From: an uncultured delta proteobacterium
Lineage (GTDB): Bacteria; Myxococcota_A; Polyangia; Polyangiales; B10-G4
DNA: 64,000 bases
Direction: 5' to 3'
Assembly (NCBI GenBank): GCA_963727445.1
Contig: CAVSGI010000010.1
Coordinates: 896,001-960,000 of the forward strand
Positions 1-11,267 of the stretch are shown here, piece after piece; the first letter of the stretch is position 1; each line of letters opens with the position of its first letter. A model generated the notes under the pieces. That model was not told the origin of the DNA, made no database searches, and was given only the letters and a program-made list of their open reading frames with translations. Both the position numbers and the translations under genes were made by a program.

Positions 1-177
1 GTCCCGGAGCTCGCCCTGGCTGAGCGGATATCCCTCGTGCGGGCAGCGGTCGTCGAGGACCTGAATCGCCCCATCCGCCCGAAAGACGGCGTAGCGCCGG
101 CCCTCCCCGTCTTTTCGCAGCACCACCCCTCGCGGCGGGATCTCCGCCTCGGCCCCCAGCTCCACCCAATCGCTCAT
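1..177 (-). CDS. Rieske (2Fe-2S) domain protein, N-terminal part (runs off window start)
   Basis: Not in the ORF track. Manual translation from ATG 177 gives MSDWVELGAEAEIPPRGVVLRKDGEGRRYAVFRADGAIQVLDDRCPHEGYPLSQGELRD, which has the Rieske first-ligand motif CPHxGxPL. Confidence 0.85.
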   Translation of the reverse strand, partial: MSDWVELGAEAEIPPRGVVLRKDGEGRRYAVFRADGAIQVLDDRCPHEGYPLSQGELRD

Positions 178-257
178 GGGTGCAGAGTGACTCCGATGGC
201 GCCGCGGCTGAAGTCACCTGCCAACGGATTGGCAGAGCTCTGCTCGGCCGGGCAGCG

Positions 258-569
258 TCAGATCTCGCCGGCCTTGGCCTTGGCGATCCACTTCTCGATC
301 TCGTCCTCGATGATCTGGATCGCCCTCTTCTTGAAGGGCTTGAAGAGGAAGGGGACGTCGAGGCCCATCTCGATCGCCTTGTCTTGGAGCGTGATACTGC
401 CGTCGAGGCTCACCCCCTTCGCCTTGAAGCCGATCTTGGCCTTCTTGTCCGTGACCCAATCCATCGTGGGCGAATAGTCGGCGAAGCGCTGGCTGTAGCT
501 CTCGAAGGCCTTCTCCGCGACGCGCTTCGCGGTCTCGAAGTCGAGGTCGTGAGTGACGCGGTGGTCCAT
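258..569 (-). CDS. Polyhydroxyalkanoic acid system (PHA_gran_rgn-like) small protein
   Basis: 103 aa with HDLDFETAKR...F...G.I...L.VPFL..PFK..I..EI pattern typical of the family; GGAG-like context upstream. Confidence 0.7.
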   Translation of the reverse strand: MDHRVTHDLDFETAKRVAEKAFESYSQRFADYSPTMDWVTDKKAKIGFKAKGVSLDGSITLQDKAIEMGLDVPFLFKPFKKRAIQIIEDEIEKWIAKAKAGEI

Positions 570-653
570 GTTCTTGGAGGGTAGAACGAGAAAGGCGCCG
601 CGGCAAAAACCGCGACGCCTTCTCGGTGTGGTGGGGGCGAGCCCCGAGTAGGA

Positions 654-3600
654 CTAATCCCCGCTGGTCCCGCAGACGCCGCCGAGGCAGGTGCCGCTGC
701 AGCAGTCGGTGTCGAGGACACAGCCCGTACCGCCGGCCGGGATGCAGCCGAGCGGGGTGTCGTCGCACATCCCGCTCAGGCAACGGCCGTCGCAGCAGTC
801 GGCGTTCGACAGGCAGCTGCCGCCGGTCGGGACGCACATCGGAGCGCAGACCGGCAGGCCGGTGGTCGGGTCGGGGACGCAGGGATAGGGCGAGCCCGTG
901 GAGGGATCGTCGCAGCACTGCTCGGTGAAGTCGCAGGAGCCGCCGAGCGGGATGCACATCGTCTGGTCGTTACAGCGGCTGACGCCGAGGCCGGTGGGCG
1001 TACAGCCCGCGGACTTCGTGACGCAGCAGTTGTTCGACCCACCCTGAGCGCAGATCTCGCCCGAATCGACGCAACCCGGCGGGTTCACGCAGCGGCGGAT
1101 GCCCGCGTAGCCCTCCGGCGGGCCGCACTCGTCGGAGCAGCAGTCGGAGTTCGTCGCGCAGATCTCGCCGAAGGGACGGCAGCCCGGCAGGAATTCGCAG
1201 ATGCCCACGCCGCTGCCGGCGTCGACGCAGAGCGCCGAGCAGCAACCGCGCACGCTGGTGCAGGACTCACCGGAGGTGCGGCAGGAGCCGAGCGTCTGGC
1301 AGCGACCGACGCCCGGCTCGGGCTGAGCGTCGAGGTCGCAGCCGCCGTCGCAGCAGTCACCGTCGGCGACGCAGATCTCGCCCTCGCCGCGGCAGGTGTC
1401 GTGGCTGGCGCAGCGCCCCGAGCCAGTGCCCGTCGGATCGAAGCAGAAGCCGCTACAGCAGTTTCCGTTCGAGCTACAGGACTCGCCGTCCACGCTACAG
1501 CCGGAGCCGGCGCTGTCGCAGGTCCCGCCGTTACAGTAGTGGGTGCAGCACTCGACATCGGTGCTGCAGGAGCCGCCGGTGTCGGTGCAGGTGACGGTGT
1601 CGTCGCAGAAGCCGCCCACACAGCCGGTGGAGCAGCAATCCGCGGCGACCGTGCAGGCCACGCCGTCGACGCCGCACCCGCCCGGCACCTGGCAGCGCGG
1701 GACGCCATCGACCGAGGCGCTACACAGGCCCGTGCAGCAGTCGGAGGCTGCCGAGCACGGGTCGAGGATGCCGAGGCACATGCCGGGCGGCGCCACGCAC
1801 ACACCCGAAGCGCAGCTGCCGCTGCAGCAATCCGCGCTGATGCCGCAGCTGCCGCCCATGCTCACCAGGCCGCCGTCGACCGAGCCATCGCAGTCGTTGT
1901 CGACTCCGTCGCAGACGTCGGTGACGCCGGGGTGGATCGCCGGATCCGAGTCGTTGCAGTCCATGCCGCCGCAGGCGGCGTCACCGTAGCCGTCTCCGTC
2001 CAGGTCCTGGGGCACGTTGGTGCAGCCCAGGGACTCGGAGCAGGAGTCGACGGTGCAGGCGTTTCCGTCGTCGCAGCTCGGCGCGGTGCCGCCCTGACAG
2101 ACGCCCGGCGTCGAGGTGCTGCTGCTGCAGGTCTCGAAGCCGTTGCAGAAGAGGCCGTCGTCGCAGACCGAGGCGGTCGGACCGGTGCATGCCATGCCCG
2201 GCGTACAACCGCTCATGGTGCAGACCTCGCCTGAGCCACACATCATCGAGCTGTAGACGTGCTCGCACATGTCGGAGGCTTCGTTACAGCTGTCGACCGA
2301 GCACATGATGCCGTCGTTGCAGTTGATGGCCGTGCCCGCGGAGCAGCCGACGCCGACCACGCAGCTCTCGGTGCCGTTGCAGTAGGCCATGTCGTCGCAG
2401 CGCGAGTCGACGCCCATGCTGACGCAAGCGTCCATGCCGGAATCGCAGGCGTCGTCGGTGCAGGAGATGCCGTCATCGCAGCTCGGCGGTGTGCCCGCAC
2501 GACAGCCGAGGGTCGGCGAGCAGAGCTCGCTCCCGTTGCAGAAGGTGCCGTCGTCGCAGACCGAGTTGTCGATGGTGTGGACGCAGCCGCCGACGGTCTC
2601 CGAGCAGGCGTCCATCGTGCAGGAGATGCCATCGTCACAGGCGAGGGGCGTCCCCGCCAGGCAGTTCAACACCGGGTCGCAGAATCTCGATGCCGTTGCA
2701 GACGACTCCGTCGTCACAGTTGGCGTCGTTGACCGTGTTCACGCACCCGGTCGTCGGATTGCAGGTGTCGTCGGTGCAGGCGATGGCGTCGCCGCAGGAC
2801 AGCGGGGTGCCCGGCTGGCAGATGCCGCCCGAACAGGTCTCGGTGCCGTTGCAGACGTTCATGTCGTCGCAGTCGCCATCGACCGTGCAGGTGGCGCCCA
2901 TCTCACAGCCGCTGGTGCCCGAGCCGCCTCCGGTGCAGACCATGCCCGAGCCGCACGCGGCGTGATTGGGCGTGGTCATGCACATGTCGGAGGCCTCGTC
3001 GCAGGCCTCGACGGTGCAGGTGAACCCGTCGTCCGTGCAGGCGATGGCCATGCCCGAGGCGCACCCGCGGGCGTCGGCGCCCGACGCCGCCGGGTTACAG
3101 ACCTCGACCCCGTCGCAGTACATCGAGTTGTCGCAGACGGTGTCGATGGGCGTGCTCACGCAGGCATCGGCCACCTCGTCGCAGTTGTCGTCGGTGCAGG
3201 CGAAGGTGTCGTCACAGACCACCGGAGAGCCCGCCACGCAGCCCGTGGTGGCGTCCGCCCCGCTGGTGGTGGGCGAACAGGTCTCGGTGCCCGAGCAGTA
3301 CAGACCGTCGTCGCAGGCCGCATCCGACGGCGTGCTCACACAGGCGTCGGTCGTGGTGTCGCAGGTGTCGGTCGTGCAGGTGAACCCGTCGTCGCACGTC
3401 GGAGTCGTGCCCGGAAGGCAGCCGGTGGTCGCGTCCGCGCCGGCCGCGGTGGGCGCGCAGGTCTCGGTCCCGGTGCAGTAAAGGCTGTCGTCACAGACCG
3501 TGTCGTCGGCCATGTTGATGCAGGCAGCGCTGGTCTCGTCGCAGCTGTCGGTGGTGCAGGAGATCCCGTCGTCGCAGTCCGGCGGAGTGCCCGGGGCGCA

Positions 3601-4059
3601 ACCGGTCACCGCGTCGGCGCTGGGATGGGAGGTGTTGCACTGCTCGATACCGTTGCAGTAGGTGCCGTCCCCGCAGGACACGCTGTCCGGCGTGAAGACG
3701 CAGCTCCCCGAGGCCGTGTCGCAGGTGTCCGTGGTGCACGAGTAGCCGTCGTCGCAGTCGGTGTCCGCGGTGCAGGCCATCCCGGTGTCGCCACCGTCGC
3801 CGCCGTCGCCGCCGCCATCGCCACCATCGCCAACGCTGCTGTCGCCGGCATCACCGCCGCCGTCGCCGCCGCCGTCCATGCTGCTGTCGCCGACACCACC
3901 GTCGCCGGCATCGCCACCGCCGTCGCCCATGGCGGAATCACCCATGCTGGTGCCGGTGTCGGTGTCGCCATCGGCGCCACCGTCCGGATCATTACCGCCA
4001 CCGCAAGCAACCAAGAACAGCGCAGCAACCGCTGCGCTCGCCAAGACCCTGAACCTCAT
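654..4059 (-). CDS. Very large Cys-rich repeat lipoprotein (about 1135 aa), split by a +1 frameshift at about 2683
   Basis: ATG 4059 with GAGGGAGG RBS; lipobox LFLVAC; Gly/Asp linker; many CDDGxxCTxDxC / CNGxExC repeats, a DxDGDG..DCND putative metal-binding motif and C-terminal CxxxxDCCxGxC repeats. ORFs 2635-4089 and 654-2717 join as NGIEICDPVLNC if one base is removed from GAGATTCTGC. Confidence 0.85.
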
Positions 4060-4127
4060 TGCGCGCCCTCCCTCAGTGGGAAGGCTCACATTATCAGGAA
4101 AATTCCGCCGCGCCTATACCGAGGTTT

Positions 4128-4137
4128 GGGGGGGGGG
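4128..4137. repeat. G10 homopolymer (C10 on the coding strand) in the 5' region of the giant lipoprotein gene
   Basis: gaggttt GGGGGGGGGG tat read directly. Confidence 0.85.
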
Positions 4138-4139
4138 TA

Positions 4140-4515
4140 TCAGGTGCCGTCGGGCATCTCTAGAGGGGGTATCTCGAGGGGGCGCATGGGATCGGGGGAA
4201 GGATCCCCTTTGACCCTGTCGATCTCTATGCGAATGGCCGCCCAGGTGTCCACACAGATCGCGTCCCCGGCCTCGTCGAGGACCACCCCGAGGGAGGGGG
4301 CGTTCTCAGCGGGGCTGATCTCGATCATGTCGTCCGAGAGCACGCCTTCGCAGCTGGCTGGGGCCATCTGCCAGATGTCCTGGGGCACGAGGTGCTGGGG
4401 CAGGATGTACTCGATGAGCGCGTCCTGATTGCTTCCGCTCGATCGGATCGGGCGCGCCAACGCATGCTCCGAGGAGGCATGAGAAGAGCGTCAGGTACCT
4501 CAGGTGCCGCGTCAT
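4140..4515 (-). CDS. Small hypothetical lipoprotein, split by a +1 frameshift at about 4433
   Basis: [18 protein letters not shown] signal/lipobox with ATGA overlap on the upstream stop. Removing one A joins it to ORF 4140-4460 as [18 protein letters not shown]. Confidence 0.6.
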
Positions 4516-7500
4516 GATTCCTCTCCAGTACCGGGGGCTCCGCAGGCTCTGCCCCCGGACCCCCGCTGATTGGACCTGAAGCTCGCGGCGGTCGCTCCGC
4601 TCCCTTCTTCCGCGAGCTTCAGGTCAGTCTGCCTCAACCCGTACTCCTTGACGAGCTGAGAGAGCCTCGGGCGTTTCATGCCGAGGAGCTCCGCCGCTTT
4701 GGAGATGTTGCCGTCACTGTCCGAGAGCGCCCGCTCGATGAGATCTCTCTCGATTTCCTTCTTGAGGTCGCGGAGGGTGATGCCCCCGTCGCGTAGCCGC
4801 TCGTAGCAGAGGGCCACCTCGTCGCCAGGCATGGGCGCGCCCCCCACCTCACTACGCTCCCCCGTCGAGACGCCGCCGTGGAGGTCGAGGTGCGTCGCGT
4901 CCACTTCCTCTCCATCGGCGAAGAGTGTCGACGCCCGAAGGACGTTCTCGAGCTGGCGCACGTTGCCGGGCCACGGATGCTGGGTCATCGCCACGAGGGC
5001 GCGGCGGGTGAGGCGCTTGGGCTCTTCACCGCGCTCGGCCGCCACCTGTGACAGGACGTGCTCGGCCAGGAGCGGGACGTCGTCGCGGCGGTCCCTCAGA
5101 GGCGGCAGACCGATGCTCACCTCGTTGAGGCGGTAGTAGAGATCCTCGCGGAAGGTGCCCTCGCGCACCATCGCTTCGAGGTCGCGATTGGTGGCGGCGA
5201 TCACCCGCACGTCCACCCGAATGGTCTGGCGTCCTCCCACTCGCTCGAAGGCGCGCTCCGAGAGCACGCGAAGCAGCGCAGCCTGTACGGCCGGGGAGAT
5301 GTCGCCGATCTCGTCGAGAAAGAGCGTGCCGCCGTGGGCCTGTTCGAAGCGCCCCACCTGACGTTCCATCGCGCCGGTGAAAGCGCCCTTTTCGTGACCG
5401 AAGAGCTCGCTCAGAAGGAGCGCCTCGACGATGGCAGCGCAGTTCACGGCGATGAGCGGGCCTTCGCTGCGGGGCGAGACGCGGTGAAGCGCGCGCGCGA
5501 CCAGCTCCTTGCCCGTGCCGCTCTCGCCACGCAGTAGGACGTTGCAGTCGCTCGGACCCACGCGATCGATGACGCGGCGCACCCGCTGCATCCCTTCGGA
5601 CACACCGACGATCCCGAGCCGCCGGCTCTCCCCGCGCGACGCGCGGGCGCGAGCGACGCGGCCGCCAGACATGAGCGAGAGCATCGCGCGGCGCGCCGGG
5701 CGGTCTTCCCACGAGGGGACGAGATCTTCCGGCACGCGGGCACGCATCGATGCGTCGAGCTCGGCTGCGCGCCGGAGCAGCGCCCGCGCGCGCCCACCGA
5801 GGCCCGCGTCGTATTGAGCGCGCGCCAACAGGACCATCGCTTCGAGGAGGAAGCGATCCTCGTCGGCGGCTTCCGCCGCGGCGAGGGCGCGCTCGGCGGC
5901 GCCGATGGCGTCGTCGTCCCTCGCAAGGGCGAGCTCGGCTGCGGCGAGCGCGAGATCCGCGCGCCGCGCCGCGGACACCGGGCCCACCGGCGTCAGGTGC
6001 CCTTCGGCGTCCGCATGACGATCTTGACGGATCGCGACCCGGGCCAAGCCGGCGGCGCTGGCAGCCGCGCGGATCGGATCGAGCTCCGCGAGGATGGCGT
6101 GTGCGGCGCGGAAGGCGGTGTCCGCGCCCTCGTGGTCCCCTTCCGCCAGCGCGATGCGGCCACGGAGCAGCAGCCCTTCGGCGGTAGCGCGGGGAGCGAC
6201 GTCGGGGCCGCCGGCCTGCGCGCCGTACTCACACATCGCGCGCGCCCGCGTGAAGGCGCCGAAGGTCTCGTAGAGCTCGCCGAGGTTGTAGGCCGCGCGC
6301 GCCAGCGACGAGCGATTGCCGAGCAGCGAGAGCAGGCGGATCGCTTCCTCGTAACGCTCCCGGGCGACGCCGTAGTCGTGGCGCAGGTGCGCAGTGACGG
6401 CGAGGTTGTGCTGGGCGAGCGCCCGCGCCTTGTTGTCCCGGGCACGCTCGGCGAGCTTCGCACAACGGCCGAGCGTCCGCTCGGCAGCAGCGAGGTCACC
6501 GGCGGTCAGCATGGCGACGCCGAGGCCGCCGATGGCGAGCGCCTCGTGCCGCGCGCTCCCGGCTTCACATGCGGCGACCTCGTAAGTCCGGTAGCGGCTC
6601 TCCGCTTCGGCGAGGTCTCCCGCGGCCAGCGCGACCTTGGCCAGCGTCTGGAGCGCTTCGAGGCGCGCCTCGCCCACCGCGGCACCCGCGTCGACGACTT
6701 CCCGGGCGCGGCGCTCTGCGTCCTTCAGGCGGCCGGACTGGTAGCAGAGCTCGGCGAGGAGGGCGCTCAGCGCGACCGCTCCGGGCCCATCGCCACTCTC
6801 CCGCACCATCGCCTCCGCGCGGCACAAGACGCGCTCCGCTTCTTCGATCCGTCCGGAGAGGACCAGGGCGCGGCAAATCCTCCGGCCGGCGGCTGCGCTC
6901 GAGGGCTCGGCCTCGAAGGCACGCCGCGCAGGCGCCACGGCTGCGCCGACGTCACCCGCCGAGAGGAGCGCGTCCGCGAGGGGCGGGTCCAGCATGGCGC
7001 GGGTCTCTTCGCTCTCGATCCCCAGCCGGATCTCCGACAGGAGCGACGCCGCCTCGCGATGCGCCTGTCGCGCGGCGAGGGCAACCGCCGCGCGACGCGC
7101 ATGATCGGCCGCGACGTGCGGCGCTCCGGCGGCGAGGGCCTGTCGCGCGGCCTCGTCGCTGCGCCGGCGGCTCGCGAAGAGCTCGGCGGCGCGCAGGTGA
7201 AGCGACCGCTTGAGCTCGGAGTCCAGCTCTTCGAGGATGCGCGCCGCGTCCTCCGGGTCGGCCAGAGAGAGAACCTCTCCGCGCACGCGGGCGAGGGAGA
7301 GCCGCTCGAGCTCGGCGCGAACGCCGGGCTCGATGGGCGTCCCCGCCACCACCGCCACGTCGGCCAGCGCGCATGGTGCACCGAGCACTGCCAGGGCGTC
7401 GAAGACGGCGCGCGCCTCCGCCCCCAGCTGGGCGAGGCGCGCTTCGAGATGCTCCCGTGGCGTCGGGGGCTCCGCGCTCAGGAGCCGCCCCACCGCATCT

Positions 7501-8195
7501 GGCGCGCCACCGGTGCGCGCGAGGATCCGCGCGACGACCTCGGGGCTGACCAGGACCTGCTTGAGGGCGTCCTCGTCCAGACCGCGCAGCGTGATCCGCG
7601 TCGTGCGCGGATGCTCGGCGAGGGCGCGGAGCTCGGTCGGGCCTGCGTCGTCGGCGATGCCCACCACCAGGTAGCGCGGCGCCGCCCCGCGGGTCTCCGG
7701 CTCCGAGATCAGATGCGTGAGGTGGGCGACCACGTCGGCCGAGGCGAAGGCGAGCCCACGAACGACGAGCACCGTCGGCCCGAGCGCGCCGAGGGCGCCG
7801 AGGAGGCGACGGAGGGAGTCGAGGTGGAGGCGCTGTGCCTCGAGCGCTCGCTCGGGATTGGCCGGGCTCGGCGACGGGTGGTGGAACCAGAGCGAATGAC
7901 AGCCGTGGGGACAGCCGAGCTCGACGCCGCGAGGCGCCCGGCCGAGGATGGCGAGCGCCTCCTCCACGAGCGTGTCGAGGGGTGAAAAGGGCTCCCCCGC
8001 GCGCACGTCGGCGGTGAGCACGAGCGCCCCGTCGCGTCGCGCCGCGTCCACGAACGCATCGACGAGCGTGCGCTTGCCGACGCCGCGAGGCCCCTCGACC
8101 AGCGCGAGCCTCGCCCCCTCCTCGGCCGTGCGAGTGAGCAGCGACGTGAGGAGCGCCGCTTCGCGACGGCGCCCTCCGGCGAAAGCAAGCGTCAT
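4512..8195 (-). CDS. Sigma-54 enhancer-binding protein with N-terminal STAND/AAA_16-like ATPase and TPR repeats
   Basis: Start MTLAFAGG at 8195. N-terminal GPRGVGKR P-loop, helical TPR-like repeats, then [27 protein letters not shown] and a Fis-type HTH ([12 protein letters not shown]). Confidence 0.9.
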   Translation of the reverse strand: MTLAFAGGRRREAALLTSLLTRTAEEGARLALVEGPRGVGKRTLVDAFVDAARRDGALVLTADVRAGEPFSPLDTLVEEALAILGRAPRGVELGCPHGCHSLWFHHPSPSPANPERALEAQRLHLDSLRRLLGALGALGPTVLVVRGLAFASADVVAHLTHLISEPETRGAAPRYLVVGIADDAGPTELRALAEHPRTTRITLRGLDEDALKQVLVSPEVVARILARTGGAPDAVGRLLSAEPPTPREHLEARLAQLGAEARAVFDALAVLGAPCALADVAVVAGTPIEPGVRAELERLSLARVRGEVLSLADPEDAARILEELDSELKRSLHLRAAELFASRRRSDEAARQALAAGAPHVAADHARRAAVALAARQAHREAASLLSEIRLGIESEETRAMLDPPLADALLSAGDVGAAVAPARRAFEAEPSSAAAGRRICRALVLSGRIEEAERVLCRAEAMVRESGDGPGAVALSALLAELCYQSGRLKDAERRAREVVDAGAAVGEARLEALQTLAKVALAAGDLAEAESRYRTYEVAACEAGSARHEALAIGGLGVAMLTAGDLAAAERTLGRCAKLAERARDNKARALAQHNLAVTAHLRHDYGVARERYEEAIRLLSLLGNRSSLARAAYNLGELYETFGAFTRARAMCEYGAQAGGPDVAPRATAEGLLLRGRIALAEGDHEGADTAFRAAHAILAELDPIRAAASAAGLARVAIRQDRHADAEGHLTPVGPVSAARRADLALAAAELALARDDDAIGAAERALAAAEAADEDRFLLEAMVLLARAQYDAGLGGRARALLRRAAELDASMRARVPEDLVPSWEDRPARRAMLSLMSGGRVARARASRGESRRLGIVGVSEGMQRVRRVIDRVGPSDCNVLLRGESGTGKELVARALHRVSPRSEGPLIAVNCAAIVEALLLSELFGHEKGAFTGAMERQVGRFEQAHGGTLFLDEIGDISPAVQAALLRVLSERAFERVGGRQTIRVDVRVIAATNRDLEAMVREGTFREDLYYRLNEVSIGLPPLRDRRDDVPLLAEHVLSQVAAERGEEPKRLTRRALVAMTQHPWPGNVRQLENVLRASTLFADGEEVDATHLDLHGGVSTGERSEVGGAPMPGDEVALCYERLRDGGITLRDLKKEIERDLIERALSDSDGNISKAAELLGMKRPRLSQLVKEYGLRQTDLKLAEEGSGATAASFRSNQRGSGGRACGAPGTGEES

Positions 8196-8247
8196 CCTTC
8201 GCAAAGTATAGAAAGTGACGGCGCGCCCCCCGCCCGTCACCCACCGG

Positions 8248-9162
8248 TCATCGACGAAGCGCCAACAGTGCGGCCTCGAGGCGCGCTTTTCGGGCCTTTT
8301 CGGCCACTCGGAGGATGGCGCGATCGCGCTCCCAAACGCTTCGGACCGCGGGTTCGACCGCATCCCAGAGGGTGGGATTGACGGCCGCGCGACCGAGCCC
8401 CGAAAAGACACTGGCGAGCAGGACGTGGCTTTCGGGGTCTTTGGGGTCGCCGCCACAGAGCCCATGAGCCGACGCGGCGAGGGCGAGGAGCTCGGCGAGG
8501 ACCGCGGCGTCGGCGTCGGCGGTGCGCGCCACGCGGACCATGTAGGCGGCGACCGCCGTCGCGACGTGCGCGTCCTCGACGGTGCGGAAGGGCTTGATGT
8601 AATCCGCGTACCCATCGCCCGGGAGCACGGCCTCCGGCGGGAGCGCGACGTCCGCCAGACGTGCACGCGCGTGGGGGACCTCTGGCACGAAGGGCGTGGG
8701 CGGGTGCGTCTGCAGCGTGAGCCCTTTGGTGTCCGCCGGTACCTGCACCATGACGAGGCGTGGGCGGCCCTGCTCCGAGAGGCCGCGGGTGGCCGCGACG
8801 AGGAGCAGCTCGGCTTCCGCGCCGAGGGTGACGAAGGACTTCTCTCCGGCGAGGTGCACCCGACCTTCTCGCTCCTCGAGGGCGGTCGCGATGGCACGCG
8901 GATGATTGCCGCCGTCCTCGGTGACGGCGAAGGCCACCTTCAGGTCGCCCGGCAGCGCGGGCACGAGTGCGCGAAGCGCAGCGGTGTAGCCGGACGCGAA
9001 AGCCCACGCCGGCCGGTCGGCGTTCAGACCCGCGTGGAGCGCGAGGTCCGCAGGGTCGGGGTGCGCCGTGGCGAGGCGACGATGCGCCGCCCACCATGCG
9101 GAAACGTCGACGAGAGCCTCTTCGGAGAGGGGCTGGTCGAGGAGGCGCGCGATCGCGAACAT
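8248..9162 (-). CDS. Acyl-CoA dehydrogenase family protein
   Basis: [19 protein letters not shown] and FRTVED motifs. Confidence 0.8.
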   Translation of the reverse strand: MFAIARLLDQPLSEEALVDVSAWWAAHRRLATAHPDPADLALHAGLNADRPAWAFASGYTAALRALVPALPGDLKVAFAVTEDGGNHPRAIATALEEREGRVHLAGEKSFVTLGAEAELLLVAATRGLSEQGRPRLVMVQVPADTKGLTLQTHPPTPFVPEVPHARARLADVALPPEAVLPGDGYADYIKPFRTVEDAHVATAVAAYMVRVARTADADAAVLAELLALAASAHGLCGGDPKDPESHVLLASVFSGLGRAAVNPTLWDAVEPAVRSVWERDRAILRVAEKARKARLEAALLALRR

Positions 9163-9193
9163 CGAGGAGGAGGATAGCGCGCAGGCGCGCAGC

Positions 9194-11030
9194 TCACCCT
9201 TCGGCGGCGGCGATGGCGTCCATGCGGCGCTTCGGGCGCACGTTCGACGCGAGGATCTTCTTGCGGATGCGCAAAGCGTCCGGGGTGATCTCGACGAGCT
9301 CGTCCTGGTCGATGAACTCGAGGGCCGACTCGATGGTGAGCTTGCGTGGGGGCGCGAGGATCACGTTGTCGTCCTTGCCGGCGGCGCGGACGTTGGTGAG
9401 CTTCTTCTCGCGGGTGACGTTGACGTCGAGGTCGTTCTGGCGGTTGTGCTCGCCGATGACCATGCCCTCGTAGACCTCGGTGCCCGGGCCGATGATCATG
9501 ATGCCGCGGGGCTGGAGGTTGAAGAGCGAGTAGGGGGTGGCCCGGCCCTTGCGGTCGGCGACGATGGCCCCGTTCTTCCGGCGGAGCATGGGGCCGGTCC
9601 ACGGGATCCAGCCGTCGAAGAGGGTGTTGAGCAGGCCGGTTCCGCGGGTCTCGGTGAGGAACTCGGAGCGGAAGCCGATCAGCCCGCGGGAAGGCACCCG
9701 GAACTCGACGCGGGAGCGACCGCCGCCGAGGCTGCTCATCTTCGTCATCTGACCGCGCCGCGCGCCGAGGTTGGTGGTCACGGCGCCGACGTACTCCTCG
9801 GGCACGTCCACCACCACCAGCTCCACCGGCTCGTTCTTCTCGCCGTCGATCTCGCGGATCACCACCTCGGGCATGCCCATCGCGAGCTCGTAGCCCTCGC
9901 GGCGCATGGTCTCGGCGAGGATGGAGAGCATCAGCTCGCCCCGGCCGTAGACGTCGAAAGCATCCGGGCTCTCCGTGTCCTCGACTCGAAGCGCCAGGTT
10001 TCGCTTCGCCTCCCGGTAGAGGCGCTCGCGCAGGTGGCGCGAGGTCACCCACTTGCCGCTCAGCCCGGCGAAGGGCGAGGTGTTGGCCACGAAGCGCACC
10101 TTGATGGTCGGTTCCTCGACGGAAATCCGGGGCAGCGCCTCGGCGCGCTCGGGGCTCGCGAGCGTGTCGCCGATCTCGACGTCGTCGATGCCGGCGATGG
10201 CCACGATGTCACCCGCGGCGGCACCCTCCCACTTGACCCGCTCGTTGCCCTCGAAGCCGTAGACCGTCCCGGTCTTGGCGGCCTTCTGGCCGGTCTCGCC
10301 CAGATGCACGATCGGCTGGCCGGTGGCGATCCTCCCGTCGGCGATCCGTCCGATCGCGAGGCGGCCGACGTAGTCGTCGTGGAGCACGTTGTGAACGCGC
10401 AGCCGGAAGGGAGCCTCGATGTCTCCCGGGGGCGGCGGCACCACCTCCAGGATCGATTCGAAGAGGGGCGTGAGATCCGTGCCCTCGCCGTCCACGTCGA
10501 GCTTGGCCATGCCGTCCTTGCCGATGGCGTAGACCGCGCGGAACTCGGCCTGCGCGTCGGAGGCGTCCAGGTCGCAGAAGAGATCGAAGACCTCGTCGAG
10601 CACCTCGGTCGGGCGCGCGTCCTGCCGGTCGATCTTGTTGATCACGACCAGGATGGGCATCCCGAGCTCGAGGGCCTTGCCCAGCACGAAACGGGTCTGA
10701 GGGAGCGGCCCCTCGGCGGCGTCCACCAGCAGGAGGGCGCCGTCCGCCATCATGAGGGTCCGCTCCACCTCGCCCCCGAAATCGGCGTGGCCCGGGGTGT
10801 CGATGATGTTGATGGTCACGCCCCGGAAGGTCACGGAGGCGTGTTTGGCCAGGATGGTGATCCCGCGCTCACGCTCGAGATCGTTGTCGTCCATGACCCG
10901 CTCGACCACGGCCTCGTTCTTTCGAAAGACGCCAGTCTGGTGGAGCATCGCGTCGACCAGGGTGGTTTTTCCGTGGTCGACGTGGGCGATGATCGCGACA
11001 TTACGGGAGATCGCGCTTGGTTTCGGACAT
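9194..11030 (-). CDS. typA: Translational GTPase TypA/BipA (+1 frameshift at about 11005-11007)
   Basis: [24 protein letters not shown] and the C-terminal BipA domain. The G1 motif [18 protein letters not shown] lies upstream of the listed ORF and joins ATG 11030 (MSETKRDL) if one C is removed from CTCCCGT. Confidence 0.95.
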
Positions 11031-11217
11031 CGGGGCGCGGTGAGCTACCACGAGGGATCGACCGGAGCAATGCGTCATCGTCATCCCGTGACTTCTCTCT
11101 TTTGAAGTACTTCCCGCTCGACTCCCGAGTCGAGGGTAGCCAGAGACCCCAGCGCAGCCGGCTGATCGATCAGCCAGGGTGCGTCCGACAAGGCGAGGGA
11201 TCTCGCCCGGTGTGGAC

Positions 11218-11233
11218 GGGCACGCCCCTTGCT
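11218..11233 (+). promoter_or_regulatory. Sigma-54 (-24/-12) promoter
   Basis: GGGCACG-CCCC-TTGCT versus consensus TGGCACG-N4-TTGCW; exact GG-N10-GC spacing, 35 nt before ATG 11268. Confidence 0.7.
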
Positions 11234-11267
11234 GTCCGGGGTGCGAACCCGACAAGGAGAGAGATTC

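Noticed and set aside
8196..8897. N-terminal 234-aa extension of the sigma-54 activator ORF
   Set aside because: It overlaps the acyl-CoA dehydrogenase in another frame and is low-complexity; ATG 8195 fits the domain start.
10990..11030. Programmed ribosomal frameshift or pseudogenisation of typA
   Set aside because: No slippery heptamer, the rest of the gene is intact, and the same +1 homopolymer pattern recurs in unrelated genes nearby, so sequencing error is more parsimonious.
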